64,000 bases of DNA. Source: Alphaproteobacteria bacterium. Lineage in GTDB: Bacteria; Pseudomonadota; Alphaproteobacteria; CAAHEQ01; UBA3637. Positions 1 through 9,590 of this stretch are shown piece after piece; positions within the stretch are counted from its first letter, which is position 1, and every line of letters begins with the position of its first letter. The stretch lies in NCBI GenBank assembly GCA_045631185.1, contig JAZQUH010000026.1, positions 12,624 through 76,623 of the forward strand, written 5' to 3'. The position numbers and the translations under genes were made by a program. The notes under the pieces were generated by a model that worked only from the letters and a program-made list of their open reading frames with translations, was not told the origin of the DNA and searched no databases.

Positions 1-377
1 GACAAATTTCATCACGTTTAAAAGCCTCTGTCCAACCACATGCCGTTGTCGTGCCACGTTATGGCAATCGCCCGATCAGTGAAGAAATATCTTCATCCGT
101 TTTGTTTTTTATCGGCATTTATTTAATATCCGTCTGTATTGGCACTTTATTGCTTTCCTTAAGCGGATTGGATGTCATAACATCACTTTCGGGGGCGTTA
201 ACAGCCATTGCCAATGTAGGCCCTGGATTAGGCAATTCCATTGGGCCAGATATGACCTTTGCAGGATTACCGGATATGGCCAAAATTTTAATGTCCTTTA
301 TGATGCTATTGGGGCGTTTAGAGTTTATCACCGTTATTATTTTGTTTGTTCCTTTTTTATGGAGGCGTAATATATGA
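1..377 (+). CDS. trkH: Trk-type potassium uptake protein TrkH, C-terminal part (5-prime end outside window)
   Basis: Frame is open from the window edge. The translation ...LSGALTAIANVGPGLGNSIGP...MLLGRLEFITVIILFVPFLWRR looks like the last pore-loop unit and C-terminus of the TrkH/KtrB family. Confidence 0.75.
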   Translation, partial: QISSRLKASVQPHAVVVPRYGNRPISEEISSSVLFFIGIYLISVCIGTLLLSLSGLDVITSLSGALTAIANVGPGLGNSIGPDMTFAGLPDMAKILMSFMMLLGRLEFITVIILFVPFLWRRNI

Positions 378-616
378 ATTTATTTGAAGAAGCCCAAAAA
401 TTTATGGCCACCCGTCAAAAACCGATTGAAACCGAACAAAGCTTTTTATCAACGAACGAATCAAAGGAAAGCTTTATCAGGGAATTAAAAATGATTTATG
501 AAAACGCCACAAACACAGAAATTGAACGGGCTTTAAATTGGGTAATGGAACAATTCAATCCCCCTTATAATAAATCGGAAATTTTGAAAAAAATTCGCAT
601 CAAATTAGAGGATTAA
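374..616 (+). CDS. hypothetical small protein (80 aa)
   Basis: ATGA start/stop overlap with trkH suggests translational coupling. No recognisable motif. Confidence 0.4.
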   Translation: MNLFEEAQKFMATRQKPIETEQSFLSTNESKESFIRELKMIYENATNTEIERALNWVMEQFNPPYNKSEILKKIRIKLED

Positions 617-634
617 AAGGTCGTTTTTTACACC

Positions 635-663
635 TTGAATTTTTTGATGTTTTCGGGTATAAT
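635..663 (+). promoter_or_regulatory. sigma70-like promoter TTGAAT-N17-TATAAT upstream of the comM-like gene
   Basis: TTGAAT at 635-640, 17 nt spacer, TATAAT at 658-663. AAAGGA Shine-Dalgarno and ATG follow. Confidence 0.5.
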
Positions 664-689
664 CAAATCATCACGAAAGGATGATAGAT

Positions 690-2189
690 ATGTTGGCCAA
701 AACACATTCGGTTGCCTTTAACGGTATTGATGTTTTACGAATTACAATAGAGGTTCAAATTTCACGCGGTATGCCCAGTTTTACCATTGTCGGTTTGGCC
801 GATAAAGCCATTGCCGAAAGCCGTGAAAGAGTACGTTCTGCATTGCATTCCATCGGTTTATCTTTGCCGGGCAGTCATATTACCGTGAATTTGGCACCGG
901 CAGATGTCGTTAAAGAAGGTACTCACTTTGACCTGCCCATAGCGGTAGCGTTATTGGGGGCGATGGAGGTTATTCCCACCGATAAAATTTTAAATACGGT
1001 TATGATGGGCGAGCTTGGCTTAGACGGAACCATTCGTCCCGTATCGGGCATTTTACCGGCCAGCGTGGCCACCATGGGCTATCAAATGGGCTTTGTGTGT
1101 CCCGCCATGCAAGGTGGAGAAGCCGCTTGGTCGGGCAACAAAAATATCGTCCCTGTCAAAGATTTATTGCAACTGATAAATTATTATAAAGGTCAAGAGG
1201 ATATTTTACCACCCAAACCGGCCGAACAAAACACCGTTTCAGCGTATGCATTGGATTTAAAGGATATCAAAGGTCAGGAAAACGCCAAACGTGCCCTGGA
1301 AATTGCGGCTGTTGGCGGGCATAATATGTTGATGATTGGCCCACCGGGTTCTGGTAAATCCATGTTGGCCAGCCGATTGCCATCCATTTTACCGCCTTTA
1401 ACAACTCAGGAAATTTTGGAAATCAGTAAAATCCATTCGGTGGCCGGTCTGTTAAAAGATGGACAATTGATTACACACAGACCTTATCGTTCTCCACACC
1501 ATTCCGCCTCAACACCGGCAATGGTCGGTGGCGGATTAAAGGCAAAACCGGGCGAAATTTCTTTGGCCCACAGGGGTGTTTTATTTTTGGATGAATTGCC
1601 CGAATTTCCCCACCAAACTTTGGAGGCTTTACGTCAACCGATTGAAACAGGTGTTGTATCGGTGGCACGGGCCAATTCGCATATTTCTTATCCCGCACGT
1701 TTTCAATTGATTTCGGCCATGAATCCATGTCGTTGCGGATATCTGGGTGTGGCGGGCAAAACATGTTCACGGGCGCCCAGATGTGCCGAAGAATATCAAT
1801 CCAAAATATCCGGCCCGATGTTGGACAGAATTGATTTGCAAATTGAAGTTCCCCTGTTATCCCCATGGATATTGGGACAATTAGAAGGTGGGGAAGATTC
1901 CGCCACCGTTTTAGCCCGCGTGATTCAAGCACGTGCCTTTCAACAAAAACGTGGGCAAAATGTTTTGAATGCCGAATTGGACGGCACAAAGTTGGAACAA
2001 ACGGCCAAGCTGACAAATGAAGCACGTCAATTATTGATTCAGGCGGCCGAAAAATTCCAACTGTCCGGCCGTGGTTTCCATCGGATGATGCGTCTGGCCC
2101 GTACCATTGCCGATATGGCTTTTTCGGATGAAATTTTACCTGAACATATTTCTGAGGCTTTGGCCTATCGTTTGCCCGAAAGGAAATAA
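690..2189 (+). CDS. comM: YifB/ComM family Mg-chelatase-like AAA+ ATPase
   Basis: N-terminal Lon-protease-like region (ITIEVQISRGMPSFTIVGLADKAIAESRERVRSAL), Walker A GPPGSGKSM, Walker B VLFLDELPEF. The ATG at 690 is spaced better from the SD than the ATG at 681. Confidence 0.9.
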   Translation: MLAKTHSVAFNGIDVLRITIEVQISRGMPSFTIVGLADKAIAESRERVRSALHSIGLSLPGSHITVNLAPADVVKEGTHFDLPIAVALLGAMEVIPTDKILNTVMMGELGLDGTIRPVSGILPASVATMGYQMGFVCPAMQGGEAAWSGNKNIVPVKDLLQLINYYKGQEDILPPKPAEQNTVSAYALDLKDIKGQENAKRALEIAAVGGHNMLMIGPPGSGKSMLASRLPSILPPLTTQEILEISKIHSVAGLLKDGQLITHRPYRSPHHSASTPAMVGGGLKAKPGEISLAHRGVLFLDELPEFPHQTLEALRQPIETGVVSVARANSHISYPARFQLISAMNPCRCGYLGVAGKTCSRAPRCAEEYQSKISGPMLDRIDLQIEVPLLSPWILGQLEGGEDSATVLARVIQARAFQQKRGQNVLNAELDGTKLEQTAKLTNEARQLLIQAAEKFQLSGRGFHRMMRLARTIADMAFSDEILPEHISEALAYRLPERK

Positions 2190-2192
2190 AAA

Positions 2193-3248
2193 ATGAAATC
2201 GGATCCTGTGTTTTTTATCATTCTGTGTTCTTTGATTGTCGGCGGATGTTGTGTGTGGCTGATTCAATTTATCCGACATCGTTTTTTACGCCGGCAACAC
2301 CATTTGCAATTACAATTATTGCACAATATTCCCGTTGGTTTATGCTATGCTCATAATGGTAAAATTTTATTAAATAAGACCTGGCGTTTAATGTGGGATT
2401 TGCCCAAACGTCCCCGCACGATGAAAGACTTAATCCGCCATTTACCAGCGGAAGATAAAAACTTTTTTGTTCAAAATTATAACCTTTTAATTCAAAAAGG
2501 GATTCCCTTTGACGGTCTGATCCATCACGGAAATCAGGTTTTTCATTTAAGGGCTCGTCCTTTTGAAAACAACGCCCGTGTTTTTTGGATAAACGATTTA
2601 TCACGTTATCAGGAAAAATTTGATACCTTAAATCAAAATTACGATCAATTGAATCAACAAAAACAATTGTTGGAAGACGCTTGGGAAAACTTCCCGTTTC
2701 CGACTTTCATCCGTTCGGCCCAAGGTAAGGTCATCTTTGCCAATCAGGCGGTCGGCAAAAATGAAACCAATGAGCTGAATCAATGCCATTGGCAAACACG
2801 CCCCTTTCAATCCGATGATTCAACCTATACTTTAACGTATGGACAGGAAACCAGAACCGAAGAAGAAATGCAATCTATGGTACGGGAAATTGCCACCGCC
2901 CACAGACGTTTGTGCCAAGAACTGCCCTGTGCCGTTTGCCTGTTTAATGCCAAGGGGCATTTGGTGGCGTGTAGCCCTGAATTTGCCCGTTTATGGCAAT
3001 TGGATGAAAGGTGGTTGGATACCCACCCGGATTATGAAGATTTTTGGGATACTTTACAGGAAAAAGGCCTTTTATCCCGTGTGATGGATTTTTCGCAATA
3101 CAAAAAACAGCAACGTGAACAATTTGCGGGGCTCAGCAAAACAGAAGAAATCTTCCTGTATTTGCCCAGCGGTCAGATTATCCGCCGTTTGATGATCCCC
3201 TTTGCCCAAGGTGGTGTCATTTTATTGGACGAAGAAAAAACAGGTTAA
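2193..3248 (+). CDS. membrane-anchored PAS-like sensor protein without a histidine-kinase core
   Basis: N-terminal TM helix (FFIILCSLIVGGCCVWLIQF), then two PAS-like segments (FPFPTFIRSAQGKVIFANQA..., LPCAVCLFNAKGHLVACSPEF...). No HisKA or HATPase motif before the stop. Confidence 0.6.
   Translation: MKSDPVFFIILCSLIVGGCCVWLIQFIRHRFLRRQHHLQLQLLHNIPVGLCYAHNGKILLNKTWRLMWDLPKRPRTMKDLIRHLPAEDKNFFVQNYNLLIQKGIPFDGLIHHGNQVFHLRARPFENNARVFWINDLSRYQEKFDTLNQNYDQLNQQKQLLEDAWENFPFPTFIRSAQGKVIFANQAVGKNETNELNQCHWQTRPFQSDDSTYTLTYGQETRTEEEMQSMVREIATAHRRLCQELPCAVCLFNAKGHLVACSPEFARLWQLDERWLDTHPDYEDFWDTLQEKGLLSRVMDFSQYKKQQREQFAGLSKTEEIFLYLPSGQIIRRLMIPFAQGGVILLDEEKTG
2857..3248 (+). repeat. copy 1 of a ~392 bp direct duplication (3-prime end of the PAS gene)
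   Basis: Near-identical to 3619-4010. Both start at cgaagaagaaatgcaatctatgg and both end at the stop codon. Confidence 0.9.
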
Positions 3249-3265
3249 GAAGAAAGGAAATAAAA

Positions 3266-3484
3266 ATGCAGAAAAAAGGTGATTCTATTTTTAATAATCC
3301 TGGATTTAATGAATGGGTCAGAAATTTTGATGTTAATGATCCTAAGTTTTTAGCGGAAGTCGACAAAAGAAGTAAAACTTCTGAAGCCTATATTAGTGAT
3401 TTGGAAAAAGCCCAAAGGATAGCTGAAAGAAAATCAGATGCACAACGGTGGATTCCTGTCAGAGGCAAAAGAGAAAGAGCTTAA
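3266..3484 (+). CDS. hypothetical small protein (72 aa) inside the insert between the duplicated PAS ends
   Basis: AAAGGA Shine-Dalgarno 7 nt upstream of the ATG. No recognisable motif. Confidence 0.35.
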   Translation: MQKKGDSIFNNPGFNEWVRNFDVNDPKFLAEVDKRSKTSEAYISDLEKAQRIAERKSDAQRWIPVRGKRERA

Positions 3485-3618
3485 GATTCTCTCACTCTAT
3501 TATTTCTAAAACACCGATTAATTTTTCCTTTAAGCCTGTTTCAAATACTCTTGCACAATCTGATCTGTACCAGAAAGTTCACGTTGTAATTTTTCGGCCA
3601 ACAACACATTTTTATTAC

Positions 3619-4010
3619 CCGAAGAAGAAATGCAATCTATGGTACGGGAAATTGCCACCGCCCACAGACGGTTGTGCCAAGAACTGCCCTGTGCCGTTTG
3701 CCTGTTTAATGCCAAGGGGCATTTGGTGGCGTGTAGCCCTGAATTTGCCCGTTTATGGCAATTGGATGAAACATGGTTGGATATTCGCCCGGATTATGAA
3801 GATTTTTGGGATACCTTACAGGAAAAAGGTCTTTTATCCCGTGTGATGGATTTTTCGCAATACAAAAAACAACAAGGTGAACAATTTTCCCAGCTCAGCA
3901 AAACAGAAGAAATTTTCCTGTATTTGCCCAGCGGTCAGATTATCCGCCGTTTGACGATCCCCTTTGCCCAAGGCGGTGTGATTTTATTGGATGAAGAAAA
4001 AGGCGGATAA
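3619..4010 (+). repeat. copy 2 of the ~392 bp direct duplication
   Basis: Offset of 762 bp from copy 1. About 8 amino-acid differences over 126 codons. Confidence 0.9.
3630..4010 (+). CDS. stand-alone PAS fragment, duplicate of the C-terminal third of 2193..3248 (possibly a pseudogene)
   Basis: Intact ORF starting at the Met that is internal in copy 1 (EEEMQSMVREIATAHRRL...). Confidence 0.45.
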   Translation: MQSMVREIATAHRRLCQELPCAVCLFNAKGHLVACSPEFARLWQLDETWLDIRPDYEDFWDTLQEKGLLSRVMDFSQYKKQQGEQFSQLSKTEEIFLYLPSGQIIRRLTIPFAQGGVILLDEEKGG

Positions 4011-4039
4011 AAATTTGCAATTCCTTTAAAATAATAAAG

Positions 4040-4663
4040 TTAGCTGCTTATCAATTTTTGGATAGGTTTATAGCTTAAACGGTGATGTGGTGTAATTCCG
4101 AATTGTTGCAGAGCCTGTTGATGAATCTTGGTGCCGTAGCCCGCATTTTTATCCCAACCATAGGCCGGATATTGTTTGGCCAAATCGGTCATAATCCTGT
4201 CACGTGTTACTTTGGCCAAAATGCTGGCTGCCGAAATGGAAAGACTTTTGGCGTCACCACCGATAATCGCCTGAGCCGGTACGGGTGTTTTTGGGGGCAA
4301 CCGATTACCGTCAACCAAAATATGCGTGGGTTGAAAACCTTTTTGAACCATATCGTCATAGGCACGTTGCATCGCCAAAAAAGAAGCCTGTAAGATATTC
4401 AGATCATCTATTTCTTTGGCCGATGCCTGACCGATACCATAGGCGGGTGTGGAAGCAATAATTTTATCAAATAAAACCTCACGTTTTGCCCCTGTCAATT
4501 TTTTGGAATCGTTGATTTGTTGCATTAAATCATCGGGGCAACCATTCACCCACATCACGCATCCGGCCACAACGGGACCACACCAAGGGCCCCTGCCCGC
4601 TTCATCCAAACCGGCAATTTGACGAAAATCACCCAGCGCAGATTCGTATTGAAAATCGGGCAT
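4040..4663 (-). CDS. rnhB: ribonuclease HII
   Basis: GLDEAGRGPWCGPVVAG active-site motif. Length of 207 aa fits. Confidence 0.92.
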   Translation of the reverse strand: MPDFQYESALGDFRQIAGLDEAGRGPWCGPVVAGCVMWVNGCPDDLMQQINDSKKLTGAKREVLFDKIIASTPAYGIGQASAKEIDDLNILQASFLAMQRAYDDMVQKGFQPTHILVDGNRLPPKTPVPAQAIIGGDAKSLSISAASILAKVTRDRIMTDLAKQYPAYGWDKNAGYGTKIHQQALQQFGITPHHRLSYKPIQKLISS

Positions 4664-4664
4664 A

Positions 4665-5921
4665 TCAGCCTTTCAACCGATGACAAATATCATTATAACT
4701 CATCAGGTTTTGAATCGGACCCAATGCCGCCACTGTCGGTTTTTTCACAAATAAACGACGGGCGTAATCAGCGATATCCGATTTTTGAACAGACATCACC
4801 TGATTCAAAATTTCTTCATCCGAAACAATGCGACCGTAATTCAACATCAAACGGGCATTACGATCAGCATGAGATGAAATTTCTTCGGATTGCATCAACA
4901 ATCGGGCTTTGATTTGTGTTTTTACCCGTTCAATTTCCGAATCCGTTAAAGTATCCGCCACACGCAAAAGTTCATCACACAAAACAGGCATCAATTCGCC
5001 CACTTCTTTTTCACCTGTGCCGGCATAAATATTAAAGATACCCGTATCCGCATCACAATCCGATGAAGCACGAACGACATAAACCAAACCACGTTTTTCA
5101 CGAATTTGTTGAAATAAACGTGAGGTCATACCACCACCCAATATCATCGCCAAAATCTTGGATGTCCAACGATCAGGGGATGCATAGCTTTCACCTTCAA
5201 AACCCAACAATAAATTGACCTGTTCATTGGCACGATTGACATAGCTGGCCCCTCCGGTATATTTGGCGGGTTCGCATTCCTGACCAATGTGTGTATTAAC
5301 ATCATTATATAACGCTTCACAACGTGCCACAAAATCATTATGTTTAACAGCGCCCGAAGCACTGATAATCATACGATTAGATGTATATTGGCGCTGCATA
5401 TATTCCAACATCTTTTCGCTGGTCATTGTGCGAATAACCTCAGGATCACCCCCGATATCACGACCAAACGGTTGGTCGGCATAGGCCGTTTCATCAAAAT
5501 TTTGTGCCACCACATAATCAGGGCGATCCTTATACATACTCAATTCCTGTAAAATCACACCCTTTTCGGTATCTAATTCCTTTTGATCCATTGTGGCATG
5601 CTGGATAATATCCGAAATAATATCCACACCTGTGAGCATATTTTCCTTTAACAAATGCACATAATAGCCCGTCATATCTTTGCCGGTATAGGCATTGATA
5701 TAACCACCGACATTTTCAATTTCTTGGGCTATTTTCAGGGCTGAACGTGTCTTGGTTCCCTTAAAGGCCATATGTTCCAAAAAATGTGAAATGCCGTTTT
5801 CCGAACGTGTTTCATAACGTGAGCCGACACCCACCCAAGTTCCCAAAGAAATTGTTTGTGCATTTTCTATTTCTTCCGTAATAACACGGATACCGTTTTT
5901 TAAAGTTGTAATGTTTATCAT
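4665..5921 (-). CDS. M16 family zinc peptidase (pitrilysin / mitochondrial-processing-peptidase-like)
   Basis: Inverted zinc motif HFLEHMAFKGT. The 418 aa two-domain size fits. Confidence 0.9.
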   Translation of the reverse strand: MINITTLKNGIRVITEEIENAQTISLGTWVGVGSRYETRSENGISHFLEHMAFKGTKTRSALKIAQEIENVGGYINAYTGKDMTGYYVHLLKENMLTGVDIISDIIQHATMDQKELDTEKGVILQELSMYKDRPDYVVAQNFDETAYADQPFGRDIGGDPEVIRTMTSEKMLEYMQRQYTSNRMIISASGAVKHNDFVARCEALYNDVNTHIGQECEPAKYTGGASYVNRANEQVNLLLGFEGESYASPDRWTSKILAMILGGGMTSRLFQQIREKRGLVYVVRASSDCDADTGIFNIYAGTGEKEVGELMPVLCDELLRVADTLTDSEIERVKTQIKARLLMQSEEISSHADRNARLMLNYGRIVSDEEILNQVMSVQKSDIADYARRLFVKKPTVAALGPIQNLMSYNDICHRLKG

Positions 5922-6844
5922 TATGGTTCCAAATAAATAATTTTTAACAATTTATCCCAATAATTTGATAATTTACCACGCCATGTGGTATCAGGGGCCG
6001 CCATTGGGGTATAGGCACCCGCATTATTCAAATACCAACCACCCATGCCAGAGGCCTGAGAATCAACAGAATCAATCCCCCATTGGGCCTGATTGTTTTG
6101 AATATTATGAGAATTCATCATGTCGCCACCCAACATATTCGGCATGGCCACTTGACCAGAACGCAACCGCATCATTGGTGTGGGTTGACCGGCTTTCCAT
6201 GGATCGGGTGTAATGGGACGTTGTTCCATAATACGGCGCTCTTTTGAAAAACGCAATAAGGCATATCCCGAACCACTGCCAATGACTTCACCATCCACAT
6301 AGGTTGTGTAAAAAGCCCCCATACGACGCTGTTCAAAATCAATGTAATCCAATTGGAATTGAATGGAAATACGGCTGGTTCCCGAACGGGTCAACTGACA
6401 TGAAAACAACGGGGATGAAAGTTGCATAATACCACGGCGATATAACGATAAAGAACCATCTGAAACCGTACAGGTCGGATAAAAACCATTGGCCTGAACC
6501 TGATAATCCAAGGTCAAACCATAACCATTTGAACGGGGTTCAACATGAACAATTCGGGCAAAAGGCACATTAAAACGAATCGTTGCCGCCGATGAATAAC
6601 CAAAAAACTCTAATCCATCCTTAATACATGTTCGAGATGCCGGATCCGCTTCACAAAAAACGATTTGTTGAATAGTGGATGGAAATAATGTTGCCAATTC
6701 ATCCACTAATTGATTTTTGGGCGAAAAGCTGACCGGTTGACAGGCGCGCCCACGACAAATCTGAGTGGGATAAGTACTGGCGTCAGCTGTGGCCGAAAAC
6801 ATAGCCATCGCACTGACACTTAAACAAAGAAAAAATTTTTTCAT
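5921..6844 (-). CDS. secreted hypothetical protein (307 aa)
   Basis: Sec signal peptide MKKFFLCLSVSAMAMFSATADA. One-nucleotide overlap (TAATG) with the M16 peptidase start. Confidence 0.6.
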   Translation of the reverse strand: MKKFFLCLSVSAMAMFSATADASTYPTQICRGRACQPVSFSPKNQLVDELATLFPSTIQQIVFCEADPASRTCIKDGLEFFGYSSAATIRFNVPFARIVHVEPRSNGYGLTLDYQVQANGFYPTCTVSDGSLSLYRRGIMQLSSPLFSCQLTRSGTSRISIQFQLDYIDFEQRRMGAFYTTYVDGEVIGSGSGYALLRFSKERRIMEQRPITPDPWKAGQPTPMMRLRSGQVAMPNMLGGDMMNSHNIQNNQAQWGIDSVDSQASGMGGWYLNNAGAYTPMAAPDTTWRGKLSNYWDKLLKIIYLEP

Positions 6845-6865
6845 GTTTCACCCTCTTTTTCTTTT

Positions 6866-6894
6866 ATACTAGCGACAAAAGAAATAAAATGCAA
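6866..6894 (-). promoter_or_regulatory. sigma70-like promoter (minus strand) TTGCAT-N17-TAGTAT
   Basis: Reverse complement reads TTGCAT (6894-6889), 17 nt spacer, TAGTAT (6871-6866), just upstream of the gene starting at 6844. Confidence 0.45.
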
Positions 6895-6900
6895 GCACTT

Positions 6901-7587
6901 TTATTTCTTTTTTGCCTGATAGACAGCCAAAGCTGATAAACTGGCTGTTTCTGCCCTTAAAATCGTTTGCCCCAAATGCCATTCAAAATCGGCATTTTGT
7001 TTTAAAATCTGTTGTTCTTTTTCGCTCCAACCACCCTCAGGCCCCACAAAAAAAGCCGGCGTTTGATCACAATCAAAATCCGCCCCTTGGCCACGTTCGC
7101 TCATCCATATAATACAGGCTTTACCCTTTAATTTTTTCAGCGTTTCATTTAAATCATTCGGTGGCATAATCTGAGGAATGTCCATTCTTTCGCATTGTTC
7201 ACATGCCTCAATCATCACAGACTTTGCATGTTCCAAGTTGAATTTATGCACCACACTGCGTTCGGCCAAAATCGGATAGATATGCGTAACACCCAATTCT
7301 GTAGCCTTTTGCCACACAAAATCCATTGCTTCTTTTTTTATCAAAGCCGGACATAAAATACACTCATTCAAATTGATTTGTTGGCGGATTTGTTTTTGCA
7401 CATTCAAAAAGGCCTTTTTTTTCACATAGCCTAAATGAGCCAACCATTCACCATCACGACCATTAAAGCAAACAATTTCGGCCCCTTCTTTTTGACGCAT
7501 CACATGACACAGGTAGTGCGTTTGAAAGACAGAAAGAGCGATTTGGGCATTTTGTTTTAAATCATCATCAACAAACAAACGAATCAT
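6901..7587 (-). CDS. rsmE: 16S rRNA (uracil1498-N3)-methyltransferase RsmE
   Basis: RLFV... N-terminus and C-terminal GPEGGWSEKE motif typical of RsmE. Confidence 0.85.
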   Translation of the reverse strand: MIRLFVDDDLKQNAQIALSVFQTHYLCHVMRQKEGAEIVCFNGRDGEWLAHLGYVKKKAFLNVQKQIRQQINLNECILCPALIKKEAMDFVWQKATELGVTHIYPILAERSVVHKFNLEHAKSVMIEACEQCERMDIPQIMPPNDLNETLKKLKGKACIIWMSERGQGADFDCDQTPAFFVGPEGGWSEKEQQILKQNADFEWHLGQTILRAETASLSALAVYQAKKK

Positions 7588-9569
7588 TTTTCCCCCGCCC
7601 GAAATAAAACTGCCGTTACATCATCCGACGGTGGCGGTGGCGCATGATTAAAGAAAGCCTGCATAATATCCTTCATCGCCTGATTCACATCCGTTTGACG
7701 CATCATCGGCACAACCATTTTTTGAAGTCCTTCATAGCCTAAGCGTTCACCTTGGGCGTTTGGCGTTTCAATCAATGCATCGCTGTATAAAAACAACATA
7801 TCATTCGGATTCATCTTGACCTTATAGTTTTTATATTTCGGATTGGCCACGATTCCCAAGGGCATGCCTTCGGTGTGTAAAAACAACTTACGACCTTTAT
7901 TGACCAACAATGGATTTGGTGCATTTGCCCCCGCATAAATCATTTCTCTTTTCTTGATGTCAATAACACCTAAAAACAAAGTGGCAAACTGACCACGGGG
8001 CAACAAAGAATAAAGTTGTTTATTCAACTTTTTCAAAAACTCGGCCGGATCCGACAAACGCTTATTCATTTGCGAAAACAGGGCATGCAAGCGGAAGGTA
8101 TTTAAGGCCGCCGCCACACCGTGGCCCGAAAAATCGCATAAATAGACGCATAATTTTGATGCAGAAATCGGATGAATTTGCCAAAAGTCCCCACCCAAAG
8201 CCGAAGACGGGGCAAAGTATTGTGCCACATCCAAGCGATACTTTTTGCGTATATCATCCAAATCTTTCTTATCTGGTAAAATTCCCACCTGCATTTTTTG
8301 GGCCGAAGCCAATTCGGATTCAATTTGCGACAACTGTCTTTCCAAATTTTGAATCAACAAACGATTTTCCAAATGCACACGCACACGGGCAAAAAATTCC
8401 AACGGGTTAATCGGCTTGGTGATAAAATCTGTCGCCCCAGAACTAAACGTCTTTTCACGGGCTTCACGATTATCCGCGGCCGTTTGAATTAAAACAGGAA
8501 TATCAGCCGTGGCTTTATCCTTTTTCAATTCATGCAAAACCTCATAGCCGTTCATACGGGGCATTGTAATATCCAAAACAATCAAATCCGGCTTGAATTC
8601 GCCCACTTTTTCCAAACCGGCCACACCATCGTTGGCCATGGCAACCTGATTGATTCCCATAATACTGAGCAATCGGCCCAACACAGCCTGATTAGACGGG
8701 TTGTCTTCAATGACCAAAACACGGCAAGAAGTTAATTCCGAATCCAATATGTCACGGGATAAAGCTGTTTGATTATCTTCGGGCGTATATTTTTCCGTCC
8801 AATGTGCCGCCGGCGTATCTGTCAATAAAAATGAAAGTGTCACTTCACGACCAAAATCTTCTATCGTACAGGAATCGGCCGTTCCGGCAATAATCCTAAG
8901 CCCCCTGCCCGATTTTGCATAGACACACGAAGTTGTATTCGGTGTACCAACCGAGGTATAACCATCCCCTTCATCACGAATTTTAATTTCCAACTTATTT
9001 TTATCCCAACAGGCCACTATACTCAATGACTTTTGGGCGTAAGACGGATCATTTAACCGATCATGTAATAAGCGAGCATATTCCACAAAATCACGGGCCG
9101 ATTGACGCATAGAACTGTTCACATGCAAATTACCATGAATCAAGCCGTTCACAATAGATTCATGTAATGCAAAATGCACATTTTCAAATTGAGAACGTGA
9201 AAAATGCAAATGTCGATTCAAAGCCCGCATAAAAATTTGCGCAATATTAGCACTGAATATCACCGGACAAGTCAATAAAAAGCTTAAACTGTTGGGCAAA
9301 GTTATTTGAGATGTTTTTTTAAAAAACGATTCAATTGATTCAGATAAAGCCGATGAATCAATAACAGAAGAAACGGGCAAAAAAAACAATTCGGATAACT
9401 TGTCTTCATCCAAATCTTTGGCCAAAACTGCCAATTTTTTGGGGAAGCTTTGTTCCAAACCGTATTTAATCAATGGCTTATCATTACTGGGCCACAAAGG
9501 GGCCTTTAATTTTTTGCCCATTTGGCGAATCGTTTTTATCGGTAAATGATCGCCGGTTAAATAAATCAT
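7584..9569 (-). CDS. multidomain signalling protein: RsbW/SpoIIAB-like HATPase region + receiver domain + PP2C (SpoIIE/RsbU-like) phosphatase
   Basis: HESIVNGLIHGN...IRDEGDGY...GRGLRII (anti-sigma-kinase-like). RVLVIEDNPSNQ...DLIVLDITMPRMNG (REC). GGDFWQIHP...LYSDALIE (PP2C). Confidence 0.75.
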   Translation of the reverse strand: MIYLTGDHLPIKTIRQMGKKLKAPLWPSNDKPLIKYGLEQSFPKKLAVLAKDLDEDKLSELFFLPVSSVIDSSALSESIESFFKKTSQITLPNSLSFLLTCPVIFSANIAQIFMRALNRHLHFSRSQFENVHFALHESIVNGLIHGNLHVNSSMRQSARDFVEYARLLHDRLNDPSYAQKSLSIVACWDKNKLEIKIRDEGDGYTSVGTPNTTSCVYAKSGRGLRIIAGTADSCTIEDFGREVTLSFLLTDTPAAHWTEKYTPEDNQTALSRDILDSELTSCRVLVIEDNPSNQAVLGRLLSIMGINQVAMANDGVAGLEKVGEFKPDLIVLDITMPRMNGYEVLHELKKDKATADIPVLIQTAADNREAREKTFSSGATDFITKPINPLEFFARVRVHLENRLLIQNLERQLSQIESELASAQKMQVGILPDKKDLDDIRKKYRLDVAQYFAPSSALGGDFWQIHPISASKLCVYLCDFSGHGVAAALNTFRLHALFSQMNKRLSDPAEFLKKLNKQLYSLLPRGQFATLFLGVIDIKKREMIYAGANAPNPLLVNKGRKLFLHTEGMPLGIVANPKYKNYKVKMNPNDMLFLYSDALIETPNAQGERLGYEGLQKMVVPMMRQTDVNQAMKDIMQAFFNHAPPPPSDDVTAVLFRAGEK

Positions 9570-9590
9570 TTTTCCCCCATTTTTATTGAT

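Noticed and set aside
2839-3846. ORFs 2839..3084 and 3448..3846 with near-identical peptides (KKKCNLWYGKLPPPTD...)
   Set aside because: They are the same off-frame reading of the two copies of the duplicated PAS segment. The PAS frame has the recognisable fold motifs, and these ORFs do not.
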